DNA of 64,000 nt, from NCBI GenBank assembly GCA_048885925.1, contig JBHLLG010000006.1, forward strand, positions 1 through 64,000, read 5' to 3'. The notes under the pieces were generated by a model, which was not told where the DNA came from, did not search any database, and was given only the letters and a program-made list of their open reading frames with translations. Shown here piece after piece: positions 38,240 through 49,287 of the stretch. Positions within the stretch are counted from its first letter, which is position 1. Every line of letters begins with the position of its first letter. A program made the position numbers and the translations under genes. This DNA comes from Candidatus Hermodarchaeota archaeon. Its GTDB lineage: Archaea; Asgardarchaeota; Lokiarchaeia; Sigyniarchaeales; SOKP01.

Positions 38240-39451
38240 CTATTCTGAAAATTTAGGCTTAGCTAAAATATATAACAGGGAAGTCACCATGATAAACATC
38301 ATTGAAATTGCTAAGATTACAATATAAACTCCAGTGATCCCAAACATGATCGAGAATGGTGCAAGGGTCGTTGGAACTAAAGCAATACCTGTAAAATATC
38401 CTGTAGTTAGCGATCCAGCTAAAACTCCGCGTCGTTTTGGGGATAGTACTTGACTATAATATGTTATTAAAGTAAAAAGTATTCCTCCTGAAAGTCCAGC
38501 TAAAATCCAACCTGGAATCAAAAACATAAACCTGTGAGGGTTAGTAATATCTCCTATTATCAATAAGCTTATGATTGAACAAATTAGTATTAACATACCA
38601 GTGAATAGTGGAATTTTAACACCTTTTCGCTTAATTAAATTTCCGGTTAAAATCCCTGTTATTGCTGCTCCAAGCCCAGCTAATCCTAGAACTAATCCAA
38701 TTAAAGTTTCATTTATTATATGTGCTAAAGTTTTTGATGTCCAGATATTTATGGCTATATAGGTATAGGCGATTAGAAAACTAGATATTATCATCAGAAT
38801 TACTGGTAATCGACGCCATTCTATTGAAATTTGCCGTAGTAAATTACGAATTCCAGAATCTTCAGATATTTTTTGAGTTGGTCTTCTCGTCAAAATAAAG
38901 AAAATTAAGCAAAAACAAGTTATTATTATAAATAATATATAAATTGACTGCCATCCAATTAAAATCAATTGAGAAGCAATTAAAGGGCCTAATCCAACAC
39001 CTAAATTTGCGCTAGCACCTAGATATCCCAATTTTTTTGGAATATTTTGCAGTTGATTAATATCCGTAATTAATGCGATAAGAATTGGGTTTATAAATCC
39101 AAAACCTATTCCTCCTATTATATTAGCAATTATATACATCCTAAGATTAAATGATAATGCTGCAGTCAACATTGCTATCAAAAATATGATCAATCCTAAT
39201 ATTAATACAGGAAATCTACCCTTTACATCTGATATAGCACCAGAAAATAGTTGGGTCAATGCAAATGGGAACATAAATGCAGGAATTGCGATTAATATAT
39301 TGTCTGGTGTTACATTAAAATCAGCTGAAAGAACACCAAATAATACATTAATTATGTTTCCAGTCAACGGACCTAAAAGAAAAAGTAAAAATATTACATA
39401 TTCAAGCCATTTTGAATAATGAATAGATTGCTCTTGGATATTTTGATTCAT
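38240..39451 (-). CDS. MFS transporter
   Basis: Motif A GAISDVKGRFPV; about 12 TM helices. Confidence 0.9.
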   Translation of the reverse strand: MNQNIQEQSIHYSKWLEYVIFLLFLLGPLTGNIINVLFGVLSADFNVTPDNILIAIPAFMFPFALTQLFSGAISDVKGRFPVLILGLIIFLIAMLTAALSFNLRMYIIANIIGGIGFGFINPILIALITDINQLQNIPKKLGYLGASANLGVGLGPLIASQLILIGWQSIYILFIIITCFCLIFFILTRRPTQKISEDSGIRNLLRQISIEWRRLPVILMIISSFLIAYTYIAINIWTSKTLAHIINETLIGLVLGLAGLGAAITGILTGNLIKRKGVKIPLFTGMLILICSIISLLIIGDITNPHRFMFLIPGWILAGLSGGILFTLITYYSQVLSPKRRGVLAGSLTTGYFTGIALVPTTLAPFSIMFGITGVYIVILAISMMFIMVTSLLYILAKPKFSE

Positions 39452-39533
39452 GTCTTTTTTTATTGGTAATTCTTATTTAAAGTATTGTTTTTTAATTTAA
39501 AGGAAAATTACTATCATTATTAATGGATTAAAG

Positions 39534-40001
39534 ATGTTAGAAATCAAGCAAGTTAACTCGGAAGAACAAATAAAACTAACCCGTAAACTTTTCATTGAAT
39601 ATGCTAAGTACCTAGATTTTGATTTGGACTTTCAAAATTTTGAAGAGGAGTTAAAAACATTGCCAGGGGATTATTCACCCCCAGATGGACGTATTTTATT
39701 AGCTTTTTATAATGATAACTTAGCTGGATGTGTAGGTTTACGAAAATTTAAAGATGAAATATGTGAAATGAAAAGATTATATGTACGACCAGAATTTCGT
39801 AAAAAAAGAATTGGAAGGGCTTTATCCGATGCAATTATCAATCAAGCGCTTAAAATAGGTTATCACTTCATGCGTTTGGACACGCTACCTCATATGAAAG
39901 TAGCAATTGCGCTTTATCTTTCATTAGGATTTAAAGAAATAAAACCGTATTGTTATAATCCCTTTGAAGGTGCGAAATTCTTCGAATTAAATTTATCCTA
40001 A
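39534..40001 (+). CDS. GNAT N-acetyltransferase
   Basis: CEMKRLYVRPEFRKKRIG, LDTL, AIALYLSLGF. Confidence 0.92.
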   Translation: MLEIKQVNSEEQIKLTRKLFIEYAKYLDFDLDFQNFEEELKTLPGDYSPPDGRILLAFYNDNLAGCVGLRKFKDEICEMKRLYVRPEFRKKRIGRALSDAIINQALKIGYHFMRLDTLPHMKVAIALYLSLGFKEIKPYCYNPFEGAKFFELNLS

Positions 40002-40065
40002 AAATTTTTTAATTTTCAAAATAAGTATCAAAACATTTATATAGTAGTTTTTCTCAATTCTGTAA

Positions 40066-40091
40066 TGACTTTAATTTTCATAATAAAGTCA
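40066..40091. promoter_or_regulatory. 8-10-8 inverted repeat TGACTTTA...TAAAGTCA just upstream of the SD of the 975-aa hydrolase gene
   Basis: Exact inverted repeat at 40066-73 and 40084-91, with the GGTGA SD immediately downstream. Confidence 0.4.
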
Positions 40092-40107
40092 AAAAAAAGG
40101 TGAAATC

Positions 40108-43035
40108 ATGTATCTTAAAAAAATTAGAATATTTTCAATTGCGGTTCTATTAATCTTAGGATTATGTATTTTTGTAACCCCAGTTTTTTCTTGGTCTTTT
40201 GATAAAAATTGGAATAAAAAGTGTGAACCTAGAGTACCCGCTGAAGATGAAATTTTCGGTTGGATTGAGGATTTGTGGAAAATAGGCGATCAAGGTCAAT
40301 ATGGTTATCGAATGCCAGGAACGTCCGCAGATCATGAAGGTGCCGAATATGTTTTAGAGAAATTCGAGGACTTCGGATTAGAAGATACATTTATGGAACC
40401 TGTATCTATACCTGTGAATTTTCCTGATGTATGGAGTTTAACAACACACGTAGGTGGAGTAGATACATCTATACCTTGTGGTTTTGTTCGTTATGCTAGT
40501 TTCACTCCTCCAGAAGGAATTAGAAGAGAAATGATTTATGTAGGTATGGGATCTCCTGATGATTTTGCATTAGCAGATAGTACTAGTGGTGTAGCAGATA
40601 AAATAGTTGTCGTAGATTTGGTTGCTCCTGGTATTCCAATGGCCGTGGTTGAACTTTTTTCATTATTTAGTTATGACCCAGATAATACATTTCCCGGAGA
40701 TAAGATTACTGAAAATTGGCCTGTAGCTAATATCAACAGTGCATATGACTTAGCTGCTGGATATGGAGCTGCTGGATTTATTGGCATACTTACATTTACA
40801 GCTAATGATATCCATCAATACTTACATGCATATGTTGATGGTTCTATTCCAGGACTTTATATAAGCCCAAATGATGGTAATGATTTAAGGAGTTTATTAT
40901 TGAGTGGAACTCCAGTTGAAGCGACAATGGTTTTAACTGGCTACATAGGAACAGGCCTAACTTACAATGTTTATGGTTTTCTACCAGGTAAATCAGATGA
41001 AACTATTGTTGTAGTTTCTCACCATGATGGATGGGCAACTAATGAAGCTTCAGGAATGTCGGTAGTTATGGCTTTGGCAAAATATTTTGCGAAGATTCCT
41101 AAATGCCATAGAGAAAAATCAATGATATTTCTTGGACTATCAAGTCATTTTGGTATACGACCTAGTTTATTAGATATGTGTCCACAAATTGCCGCAGTCG
41201 TAGATAAAATCGTTGCTGATATTAGCGTTGAGATGATTTCAAAACAATATAGAATTATAAATGGGGAATTTGTCGAAACTGGTTTAATTTCTCCAAGAGC
41301 ACTATTTGTTTCAGGACTCCCAGGATCGGGAAATCCATATCTATTAGATTTTGCTGCGGAAGCTATTGTTGAAAATGATTTAGTTCGTACATCCATCCAA
41401 CCAGCTTCTGGAGGTCTTTTTCCTAACGCACCAGGAGAAGGCGGATTATTTGATGCTATAGGAATACCAACTGTACATCTTATAGCACATAATGCTCCTC
41501 AATTCACTAATATGGATACTCCTGAAACTGTAGCTAAAGATGCTCTAGTACCTACGGTAAAAGCTTTAAGAGACATAATTAACCAAATTGATGAAACTCC
41601 AACACCGTTATTGAAATGGGATATGACTGTAGATGCTCGGAGCGTGAAAGCATATCCTGAACTAAGAGAATATATTTGGGAGTTAGAAAGGCCTCCATTT
41701 GGTCAATTTGATAGAATAGGTTTACATAGATTAGTGAAAACAGATATTAAACCAGAAGGAGTAGTATTCATCTTACCGGGAACTTGGAGTAACGGTGAAC
41801 AATTAACTTCAAACCCGCCTGAAGACTGGTGGACACATGATGAAGATCATAGCTTTGCCTTCTATCTAGCAAATAGAAATTTTGATGTCTATGCAATAGA
41901 TTACAGAACCCACTTTGTAAATCAATATTTGAATCCTCCTGATCTTGCCTTTATGGCAGAATGGGGTTGGGATGAGTGGATAAGTGACATAAAGGAAGCA
42001 GTAGAATTAGCGAAAGTAGTATCTGGAGTTGATAGAGTATATATAGCCGGTGATAGTTTTGGTGGAAGTGCTGCTATGAATTATGCGTCAATGTATTGGA
42101 ATGAAGATCTCAAAGGGATTCTCTTACGGGATGGTGGAACCGGAGCTAAATACCCTGAATTAGTTACTAATTCATACAACTTACCAGCAATAATAGCTGG
42201 AATGATAGCAACAGGTCAATGGTCTAGTGAAGTAGGTGGTACTCCCGGGTCAACATTTGTAATGCAATATGCTGATCAGTATCCTAATGCTCCTGCTGAA
42301 TTTCCACCAGGAAATCCACTTGCTCCTACAATTAATCCTTTTACAGGTTTGCCTTGGGCAAATATTAGAGAGTGGGCTGCATTCATGATATATATGGCAT
42401 GGGGTCCTGGTGTGGTTACTAATATCTATGGAGGTTATGGTGATGCTGCTGTAATGATCCATATTGACGCTACATTTGACAGATATTGGCCTACAAGATT
42501 AAATCTTGAAAGCGCTGCAATAAGGGATTGGGACAACTGCCCATATGTAGCATTTGATTTCGATGATCATTATTCTGAGATTGATGTTCCCATACTTGCA
42601 TTTACAAGTGAATTAATGGGTTTAGCTTATTGGGGACCATTTAAACACGGTATTGCTAATCCAGACTTTACAGGAATTTATTTATGGGGTTATGGTCATT
42701 TAGATGTTTATTCAGGTGAATATTCAGCAGAAGAAGTGAGTCAACCTACTTATGAGTGGCTAATGAGCCATAGAATGCTTGCTGGATTCGGCAGAATTTG
42801 GTACGATGGAGGATGGATCTGGGGAGAAGCAGCAATCTATATTAATGCATCTACAATTGAACTAAGGATTAATGAAATTCGTGTATCATGGGATATTCTT
42901 AGTATATGCATTAGTCATAAGCACGAGATTTATAGAGGAAAGAATGATTACAGTAGAATTACAGTGATAATAACTAAAAAAGGATTTTCAACTGCCAGCG
43001 GTTATAAAGTTTTCTTTATGGGTGTCAAATTATAA
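40108..43035 (+). CDS. Secreted PA/M28-peptidase-like + alpha/beta-hydrolase fusion protein
   Basis: Signal peptide; YRMPGT, PA-like insert, NVYGFLPG, SHHDG, EASG; then DVYAIDYR, nucleophile elbow GDSFGG and GYGHLD. Confidence 0.8.
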   Translation: MYLKKIRIFSIAVLLILGLCIFVTPVFSWSFDKNWNKKCEPRVPAEDEIFGWIEDLWKIGDQGQYGYRMPGTSADHEGAEYVLEKFEDFGLEDTFMEPVSIPVNFPDVWSLTTHVGGVDTSIPCGFVRYASFTPPEGIRREMIYVGMGSPDDFALADSTSGVADKIVVVDLVAPGIPMAVVELFSLFSYDPDNTFPGDKITENWPVANINSAYDLAAGYGAAGFIGILTFTANDIHQYLHAYVDGSIPGLYISPNDGNDLRSLLLSGTPVEATMVLTGYIGTGLTYNVYGFLPGKSDETIVVVSHHDGWATNEASGMSVVMALAKYFAKIPKCHREKSMIFLGLSSHFGIRPSLLDMCPQIAAVVDKIVADISVEMISKQYRIINGEFVETGLISPRALFVSGLPGSGNPYLLDFAAEAIVENDLVRTSIQPASGGLFPNAPGEGGLFDAIGIPTVHLIAHNAPQFTNMDTPETVAKDALVPTVKALRDIINQIDETPTPLLKWDMTVDARSVKAYPELREYIWELERPPFGQFDRIGLHRLVKTDIKPEGVVFILPGTWSNGEQLTSNPPEDWWTHDEDHSFAFYLANRNFDVYAIDYRTHFVNQYLNPPDLAFMAEWGWDEWISDIKEAVELAKVVSGVDRVYIAGDSFGGSAAMNYASMYWNEDLKGILLRDGGTGAKYPELVTNSYNLPAIIAGMIATGQWSSEVGGTPGSTFVMQYADQYPNAPAEFPPGNPLAPTINPFTGLPWANIREWAAFMIYMAWGPGVVTNIYGGYGDAAVMIHIDATFDRYWPTRLNLESAAIRDWDNCPYVAFDFDDHYSEIDVPILAFTSELMGLAYWGPFKHGIANPDFTGIYLWGYGHLDVYSGEYSAEEVSQPTYEWLMSHRMLAGFGRIWYDGGWIWGEAAIYINASTIELRINEIRVSWDILSICISHKHEIYRGKNDYSRITVIITKKGFSTASGYKVFFMGVKL

Positions 43036-43247
43036 AGAAAGCGGTTTTAAAAAATTTAAATTCCCTTTTTTTTAATTTTTGAAAATTTTCATTTTGATAA
43101 AGGTTATAATGAAATCCATGAATTAAACTAACATCATAAATTAATTATATCTTCATAGAATTTTTAGAAAAAATTAAGAAAAGTAAGTTATTAAAAAGAA
43201 TCTCTATAGTAATAAGATAGAGGAAGTAATTTATTTTTAAACAATTA

Positions 43248-44783
43248 GTGATTACCAGAAAGATGACACTTATCCAAATATTTGATGGTTATAATACAAT
43301 TGGCGGAAATAAAATTTATTTGGAAGAAAAAGATGAAGGTTTTTTTCTTGACTTTGGAATGAACTTCAAAAAATACGGAGATTTTTTCCAAGAATTTATT
43401 TCCCCCAGAATACCCAGAGGTATTCATGATCTACTGCAACTTAATCTAATTCCTAAACTTAATATTTATCGAAAAGATTTAATTCCATCAGACACCAATA
43501 CTTCTTCTTTTCCTTCTCTAAATGTAAATGCGATACTTCTAAGCCATGCCCATATGGATCACTGTGGGAATATAGGATTACTCAGTACCAATTATCCAAT
43601 TATTGCCTCACCTCCTACTATTACTTTACTCAAAGCAATGTTAGATTGTTCTTCTTCAATGTTAGGTTCTGATGTTGCCTATTATTCACTTAAATCACCA
43701 CATAATGACAAACGAATTTTAAAAACAGAAAAGTACAAAGAATATGGTCGTAATTTTATATGTACAGAGCCTTTTTCTAAAACATTTCAAGAATTCTTAA
43801 CTACAACTTTTAAAAGTAGGACAAAATTCACTGAAGGAAATCTTATGGATCTAATTGAATTTTCCACTAATTTAGAAATAAAAGCCTATGAAGTTGATCA
43901 TTCTATTTATGGGGCTACAGGTTATATTATCTCTGGTGATAATACTATTGCATATACAGGTGATTTTCGGTTACATGGTAAAATAGGAGAAAAAAGTGAA
44001 GAATTCATGAAAGAAGCTAAGGATGCATCCATCTTAATAATTGAAGGGACTAGAGCTGCTAGAGAAGATGTTAGTGAATCTGAAGAGATAGTGTATGAAA
44101 ATTGCTTGAAAGCCGCTGAGGATGTGAAAGGTCTCATTATTGCAGACTTTACAGCTCGGAATTTTGAAAGATTGGAAATTTTTAAATTAATTGCTGAAAA
44201 GGTTGACAGAACTCTTATTATAACTCCAAAAGATGCATATCTACTTAAAGCCCTTGAAATGGCTGATAATATTAATAGAATAAGGGATTTGAGGGTTTAT
44301 AAAGACTTAAAAGCAACAACCAAAGGTTGGGAACAAATTCTACTAAATAGTGAAAGCGAACTTAGCTATATAGATCCTTCAGAGATCTCAAAAAATCAAG
44401 AAAAATTCATCATCTGTTTTTCTTTTTATGAAATAAAGAATTTATTGGATATTAATCCTAGTAAAGGCATGTATATTTACTCTTCCAGTGAAGCATTTGA
44501 GGAAGAATCAGAATTTGATTTTCTTCGTTTATATAATTGGCTTAAATATTTTGGATTTGAGATTGTTGGATTTGAGGTTTTTGAGGAAGTTAATAAATTT
44601 AGACCTCGATTTACAAAAGGATATCATGCTTCTGGTCATGCTTCAAAATCGGACTTAATTAAAGTAATAGATTATATAGATCCTGATATAATAATTCCAG
44701 TCCACACAGATAATCCTGAATGGTTTACAAACTCATATGATAAATCCATTCTTTTAAATGATAGAAAAAAGTATATTGGGTAA
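43248..44783 (+). CDS. Metallo-beta-lactamase/beta-CASP RNase J-like hydrolase (likely start ATG 43263)
   Basis: IGGNKI, LDFG, LSHAHMDH, VDHS, YTGDFR, HASGHAS, IPVHT. Confidence 0.88.
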   Translation: MITRKMTLIQIFDGYNTIGGNKIYLEEKDEGFFLDFGMNFKKYGDFFQEFISPRIPRGIHDLLQLNLIPKLNIYRKDLIPSDTNTSSFPSLNVNAILLSHAHMDHCGNIGLLSTNYPIIASPPTITLLKAMLDCSSSMLGSDVAYYSLKSPHNDKRILKTEKYKEYGRNFICTEPFSKTFQEFLTTTFKSRTKFTEGNLMDLIEFSTNLEIKAYEVDHSIYGATGYIISGDNTIAYTGDFRLHGKIGEKSEEFMKEAKDASILIIEGTRAAREDVSESEEIVYENCLKAAEDVKGLIIADFTARNFERLEIFKLIAEKVDRTLIITPKDAYLLKALEMADNINRIRDLRVYKDLKATTKGWEQILLNSESELSYIDPSEISKNQEKFIICFSFYEIKNLLDINPSKGMYIYSSSEAFEEESEFDFLRLYNWLKYFGFEIVGFEVFEEVNKFRPRFTKGYHASGHASKSDLIKVIDYIDPDIIIPVHTDNPEWFTNSYDKSILLNDRKKYIG

Positions 44784-44914
44784 TTTTGGATTTAAACTCC
44801 CAAGTTCAAAATCATTTTATTGAAATATAACATGATAAAATTAATTCTATAAAGGAAAAACCTTTAAATTAAACCAATTGAATACATTAATTAAAATAAT
44901 CCTTTTGTAACAAA

Positions 44915-45499
44915 ATGGCAAAAAACAAGATTAAGATTGGACCACATTTATATCCTATGCCAGTTGTACTTATCGGTGCAAATGTAAATGGAAAACCAAA
45001 TTTTGAACCATTAGCATATGTGGGGATACTAGAAGAAAAACCCCCCTTGATCTCAATTGCTTCCTATGAAACTCATTATACTAATATTGGTATAAAAGAA
45101 AATAACACATTCAGTGTTAATACCCCCTCAGAAGGTATGATTGAAGTTACTGATTACTGTGGAATACATTCAGGCAAGGAGGTTGATAAATCAGAAATTT
45201 TTGAGATTTTTTATGGAGAATTGAAAACCGCTCCAATGATAACCCATGCTCCATTAAACCTTGAATGTAAGGTTATTAAAACAATAAATACTAAAAAAAT
45301 CACTGGTGCAGAAAAATGTCACGAAATTTTCATCGGACAAATTATGCATGCTTACGCTGATGAATATTATATAACAAATGAATTACCAGACATTCGAAAA
45401 TTAAATCCAATATTATATTCAAATGATCGTTTTTATTGGAAATTATCTGCTGATATTGGTAAAGCTTTCAGCATAGGAAAGAATTACAAAAAAGAATAG
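44915..45499 (+). CDS. Flavin reductase family (flavoredoxin-like) protein
   Basis: YPMPVVLIG, FSVNTP, DYCGIHSG, APMI...LEC, HEIFIG. Confidence 0.9.
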   Translation: MAKNKIKIGPHLYPMPVVLIGANVNGKPNFEPLAYVGILEEKPPLISIASYETHYTNIGIKENNTFSVNTPSEGMIEVTDYCGIHSGKEVDKSEIFEIFYGELKTAPMITHAPLNLECKVIKTINTKKITGAEKCHEIFIGQIMHAYADEYYITNELPDIRKLNPILYSNDRFYWKLSADIGKAFSIGKNYKKE

Positions 45500-45721
45500 A
45501 ATAAATTCCATTTTTTTTTATTTTCTTATTATTAAATTAAAAGTTAAAAAAGAGAATTTCTAGTTTTTTTTGTATATTTTAATAATAAAAAAAAGGGAAT
45601 CTGTAAGATGTAAAATACAACTAAAAAGAAGTTTATGACCTTATTTTTAAATATTTCTTATCTCGCAAAATTCCTGATATTTAAACTTTTTACTCTTTTT
45701 TTTAATTAATAATAAAACTTA

Positions 45722-45976
45722 TTAATAAAAAGATTTTCGGCTTTGAGTGCTTACCCGAGGACCTTTTTCTATAACTTTAACTCTACTAGCTTGTGGTCCT
45801 TTTTGACCCTGACTAGTTTCATATTCCACGATATCTCCCTCATAAATTATTTTAAATTCTCCTTCTCCACCTTTTATAGCAGAGTAATGGACAAAGATAT
45901 CAGGAGATCCATCATCGGGGGTAATAAACCCATAGCCCTTTTTTTTGTTAAACCACTTTACTGTTCCTTTTCCCAT
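45722..45976 (-). CDS. csp: Cold-shock domain protein
   Basis: GTVKWFN, RNP1 KGYGFI, RNP2 IFVHYS, KGPQA. Confidence 0.95.
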   Translation of the reverse strand: MGKGTVKWFNKKKGYGFITPDDGSPDIFVHYSAIKGGEGEFKIIYEGDIVEYETSQGQKGPQASRVKVIEKGPRVSTQSRKSFY

Positions 45977-46198
45977 TGATAAAACCTACTAAATTGGGAT
46001 TATGAAATATAAGTATTTCTTTATAATAAGTTTATGGATTAATTTTTTGCATGGCGTTAATCAAACTTAATTTAAATTGATATTTTCTTCCAAATACATC
46101 TTTATATAAAACATTATATAACTTTTGACAATCAGCATAAATTTTAATTTTAAATTTAATATTTACAAAAGTAAAGTAAGAAAGATAAAATAACTGAA

Positions 46199-46747
46199 AT
46201 GTTAAATAATAGTCCTAATGGTAATATTGAAGAACTACCGCGAGTTGGTTCAGCACTTTATAATCTTATTCATCCTGATGAAAAAGTGAGAATAAAAACA
46301 TTAAGAAAATATAAAAGAATAAATAAATATGTTGTGCTTCCACTTTATAGATCGGGAATCTTACCATTATTAGGTTTTGGAAGAATTTTTCTTATTTTAA
46401 CAACAAAAGGACGGATAACTGGGAAAAAAAGAAGAACTCCATTAGAATATCACTGGATTGATGGAGTAATAACTATTTTTTCTGGAAGGGGTGAAGATGC
46501 AGGTTGGATAAAAAATGTACGTGCTAATCCAGATGAAGTTAGGGTACGACACGGTTTTCATTTTTTTAAACCTCATGTGGAATACGTAACAAATGAAAAA
46601 GAAATGCTTTCTATTATTAAATGGTATGTTCTCAACCATAATAGATCAGCAAAGCTATTATTTGGTTGGAACCCAAAATTCGATGATCCTGAAAAAACAG
46701 ATTTTTCAAAAATGTTGAAAACCATAACGATAATAAGACTTTTATAA
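46199..46747 (+). CDS. Deazaflavin (F420)-dependent nitroreductase-family oxidoreductase
   Basis: LTTKGRITGKKRRTPL and WIKNVRANP. Confidence 0.85.
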   Translation: MLNNSPNGNIEELPRVGSALYNLIHPDEKVRIKTLRKYKRINKYVVLPLYRSGILPLLGFGRIFLILTTKGRITGKKRRTPLEYHWIDGVITIFSGRGEDAGWIKNVRANPDEVRVRHGFHFFKPHVEYVTNEKEMLSIIKWYVLNHNRSAKLLFGWNPKFDDPEKTDFSKMLKTITIIRLL

Positions 46748-46754
46748 TACATTT

Positions 46755-48509
46755 ATGAAGACCATGCTTAAAAAGTTAAAATTGAGATTTAAAAATCTCC
46801 GAGATTCCATGAGTCTGCTCTTTTTAGTTTTAAACATATCCTCAATAATAATTATCATTGTTGGACTTATTGATTTTACGCTAAATAAAAATTTATTAAA
46901 TTTTATAATATTTACTTCTATTGGTATTTTCATTATTATTGGGATACCAGCTTTCTTTTTTATAAGAATTAGGAAAAATATGACAATATTATCATCTTTT
47001 AAGAGAGAAAAAAAATTATCTTTGAGATTCACTCCAATTATTATAGGAATATTTATAATTATAACTATTATCTCAAAACAATACGGACTTTCCATTTGTA
47101 TCTCTATAATATTAGCTGGTTATCTTTTGGGATATTTAATTACTCCTATAATTATTGAAAAATATCAACGTGTTTCACGTTTTATAATTGCTTTAATGAT
47201 AATTTCTATAGCCATTCCTTTTGGATTCTTTTATCGAGGAACTTTAAATCCTAGAACTGCTTCACAAGTATGGATTATGCATAAAATAGATAATCCGGGA
47301 TTTTTACTTCCCAATGGACTTGACGCTGCAGATGTGAATAACGACGGATTTCTTGATTACTTAACAAATTATGAATGGGATGGGAAAATTCGCATTGCTT
47401 TCCATCCTGGTATTTCCAATGTTAAAAGTAGCTGGCCTGCTATAACGATTGGAACAGTAGATAATGCCGAAAATGCCGCATTTGGAGATTTCGACGGAGA
47501 TGGAAATTATGATGTAGTCGTTGCTCATGGATCTGAATTATTCTCTCATTCGGGGATACTTATAATATGGGGACCAAATCCAGATAATGCTAAAGATCCA
47601 TTTGCTTGGGAAAAAACTTCTGATATAAAAGGAACAAGGGATGCTGGGCAATTTCATTATGTTAGAAGTTATGATATTAATATGGACAATGCTACGGATA
47701 TTGTTGTTGGAGGAAGAGGAACAAATCCACGAGCGGGATTGAAATGGATTGAAGCACCGACTTTAGGAAACCCTCGTAATCTTTCATTATGGAAAATTCA
47801 TAATATTGATCCTGATATAGAGAGTGGTCATGGTTTTGTATTCGGAGATATTGACCAAGATGGTGATGATGATATTACACTATGCAATTCAGATTGGGAT
47901 ACTTCTAATGCAAATGAAAAAATTATTTGGTATGAGAATCCTGGTCCTGGAAATCTTACTCAAATGGAACCTTGGTCGAAACAAATTATTTATCAAGGAT
48001 CTGAATTCTATAGTAAAGAACAAGTTACTCTTTATGATTTTACAGAAGATGGGTTTCCCGAAATTATAGTGCATACGAAGAATCATATTTATTTATTTAA
48101 AAATCCTCAAAATCTTAGTTCTTGGGAATTAATTACAGTTTTAAAAGCTCCAGAAACACGTTGGTGTGCCAGACCCATTAAGATAGAGGATATTAATAAT
48201 GATACAAAACCAGATATTATAGGAATGCTAATCCATTATGATGGGTCGCTCCCAAATTCTAAAGCTGCAGTTTTTTGGATGGAGTATTCTGGGACAGATC
48301 CTTTAAGTGCTGAATGGGAAACACATGTAATAAAGTGGGGTGACGGATTTATTGGAATTGGAACTTATAATGGTGAGAAATGGGACCAATGTTTATTTGG
48401 TGATATCGATCGTGATGGAGATATTGATATTATCGCAAATTGCGAAGAATTTCATACTTTAGGCTTTGTATTCATTTCAGTAGTCTGGTTCGAAAATCCC
48501 TTGATATGA
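46755..48509 (+). CDS. Membrane-anchored FG-GAP/VCBS repeat beta-propeller protein
   Basis: N-terminal TM helices; repeats DVNNDGFLD, DFDGDGNYD, DIDQDGDDD, DINNDTKPD and DIDRDGDID. Confidence 0.85.
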   Translation: MKTMLKKLKLRFKNLRDSMSLLFLVLNISSIIIIIVGLIDFTLNKNLLNFIIFTSIGIFIIIGIPAFFFIRIRKNMTILSSFKREKKLSLRFTPIIIGIFIIITIISKQYGLSICISIILAGYLLGYLITPIIIEKYQRVSRFIIALMIISIAIPFGFFYRGTLNPRTASQVWIMHKIDNPGFLLPNGLDAADVNNDGFLDYLTNYEWDGKIRIAFHPGISNVKSSWPAITIGTVDNAENAAFGDFDGDGNYDVVVAHGSELFSHSGILIIWGPNPDNAKDPFAWEKTSDIKGTRDAGQFHYVRSYDINMDNATDIVVGGRGTNPRAGLKWIEAPTLGNPRNLSLWKIHNIDPDIESGHGFVFGDIDQDGDDDITLCNSDWDTSNANEKIIWYENPGPGNLTQMEPWSKQIIYQGSEFYSKEQVTLYDFTEDGFPEIIVHTKNHIYLFKNPQNLSSWELITVLKAPETRWCARPIKIEDINNDTKPDIIGMLIHYDGSLPNSKAAVFWMEYSGTDPLSAEWETHVIKWGDGFIGIGTYNGEKWDQCLFGDIDRDGDIDIIANCEEFHTLGFVFISVVWFENPLI

Positions 48510-48576
48510 GGCCTTATTAATACTAATCAATTAAATAGATAAAATTAAATATAAATTGATATAAATAAAAGCATAA

Positions 48577-49191
48577 ATGTGTTTATGGTTTATTTTCTCA
48601 ATTTTAGGTATGTGTTTTATGGTGCCAGTCCATTTTTTATCAGTTGAACATATAAAACTCCAAAAAAAGTACGGAAAGGAAAAAGGTACTAGAATTGGGG
48701 ATATTCTTGGTATGGTTTCGGGATGGGGATTTTTTCTATTTTGGTTTGGAGTTTGGCTTGCACCACAACCTAGATTTTCAATTCCACTTTTTCAAAACAT
48801 CAATTTATTGATTCCTGTTTTCAATCTTTCTATTCCACTATTCCATCTAATGATTTCAATACCTCTTATCTTAATAGGTGCTTGGTTTGGAATTGGAAGT
48901 GTTAAAAAAACATCATTAAAAGTTGCAGAAACGCATAGAGCTGAAAAAGTAATATCTTCAGGATTGTATAATGTAATGCGTCATCCACAATATTTTGGTG
49001 GAATATTAGCACACATAGGAATTTCATTTTTATTATCTTCATTCCTTTCATTAATTTTCACCCCAATCATAATTCTCTTAAATTTTCTTATCTCGTGGAA
49101 AGAGGAGAAAGAATTAATTAAAGAATTTGGTAAAGATTACGAGGAGTATAAAAAAAAAGTACCAATGTTTCTTCCAAAGTTAAGGAAATAA
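48577..49191 (+). CDS. ICMT/PEMT-family membrane methyltransferase
   Basis: GLYNVMRHPQY and EEKEL...FG.DYEEYKKKVP. Confidence 0.88.
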   Translation: MCLWFIFSILGMCFMVPVHFLSVEHIKLQKKYGKEKGTRIGDILGMVSGWGFFLFWFGVWLAPQPRFSIPLFQNINLLIPVFNLSIPLFHLMISIPLILIGAWFGIGSVKKTSLKVAETHRAEKVISSGLYNVMRHPQYFGGILAHIGISFLLSSFLSLIFTPIIILLNFLISWKEEKELIKEFGKDYEEYKKKVPMFLPKLRK

Positions 49192-49287
49192 ATAAAAATT
49201 TAACAGCGCTATTTTTTTTGATTTTTGGGAATATATATGAGTTATGTACTATTTCATTTTTTTAATAACAGATAAAAGTTAAGGAAT

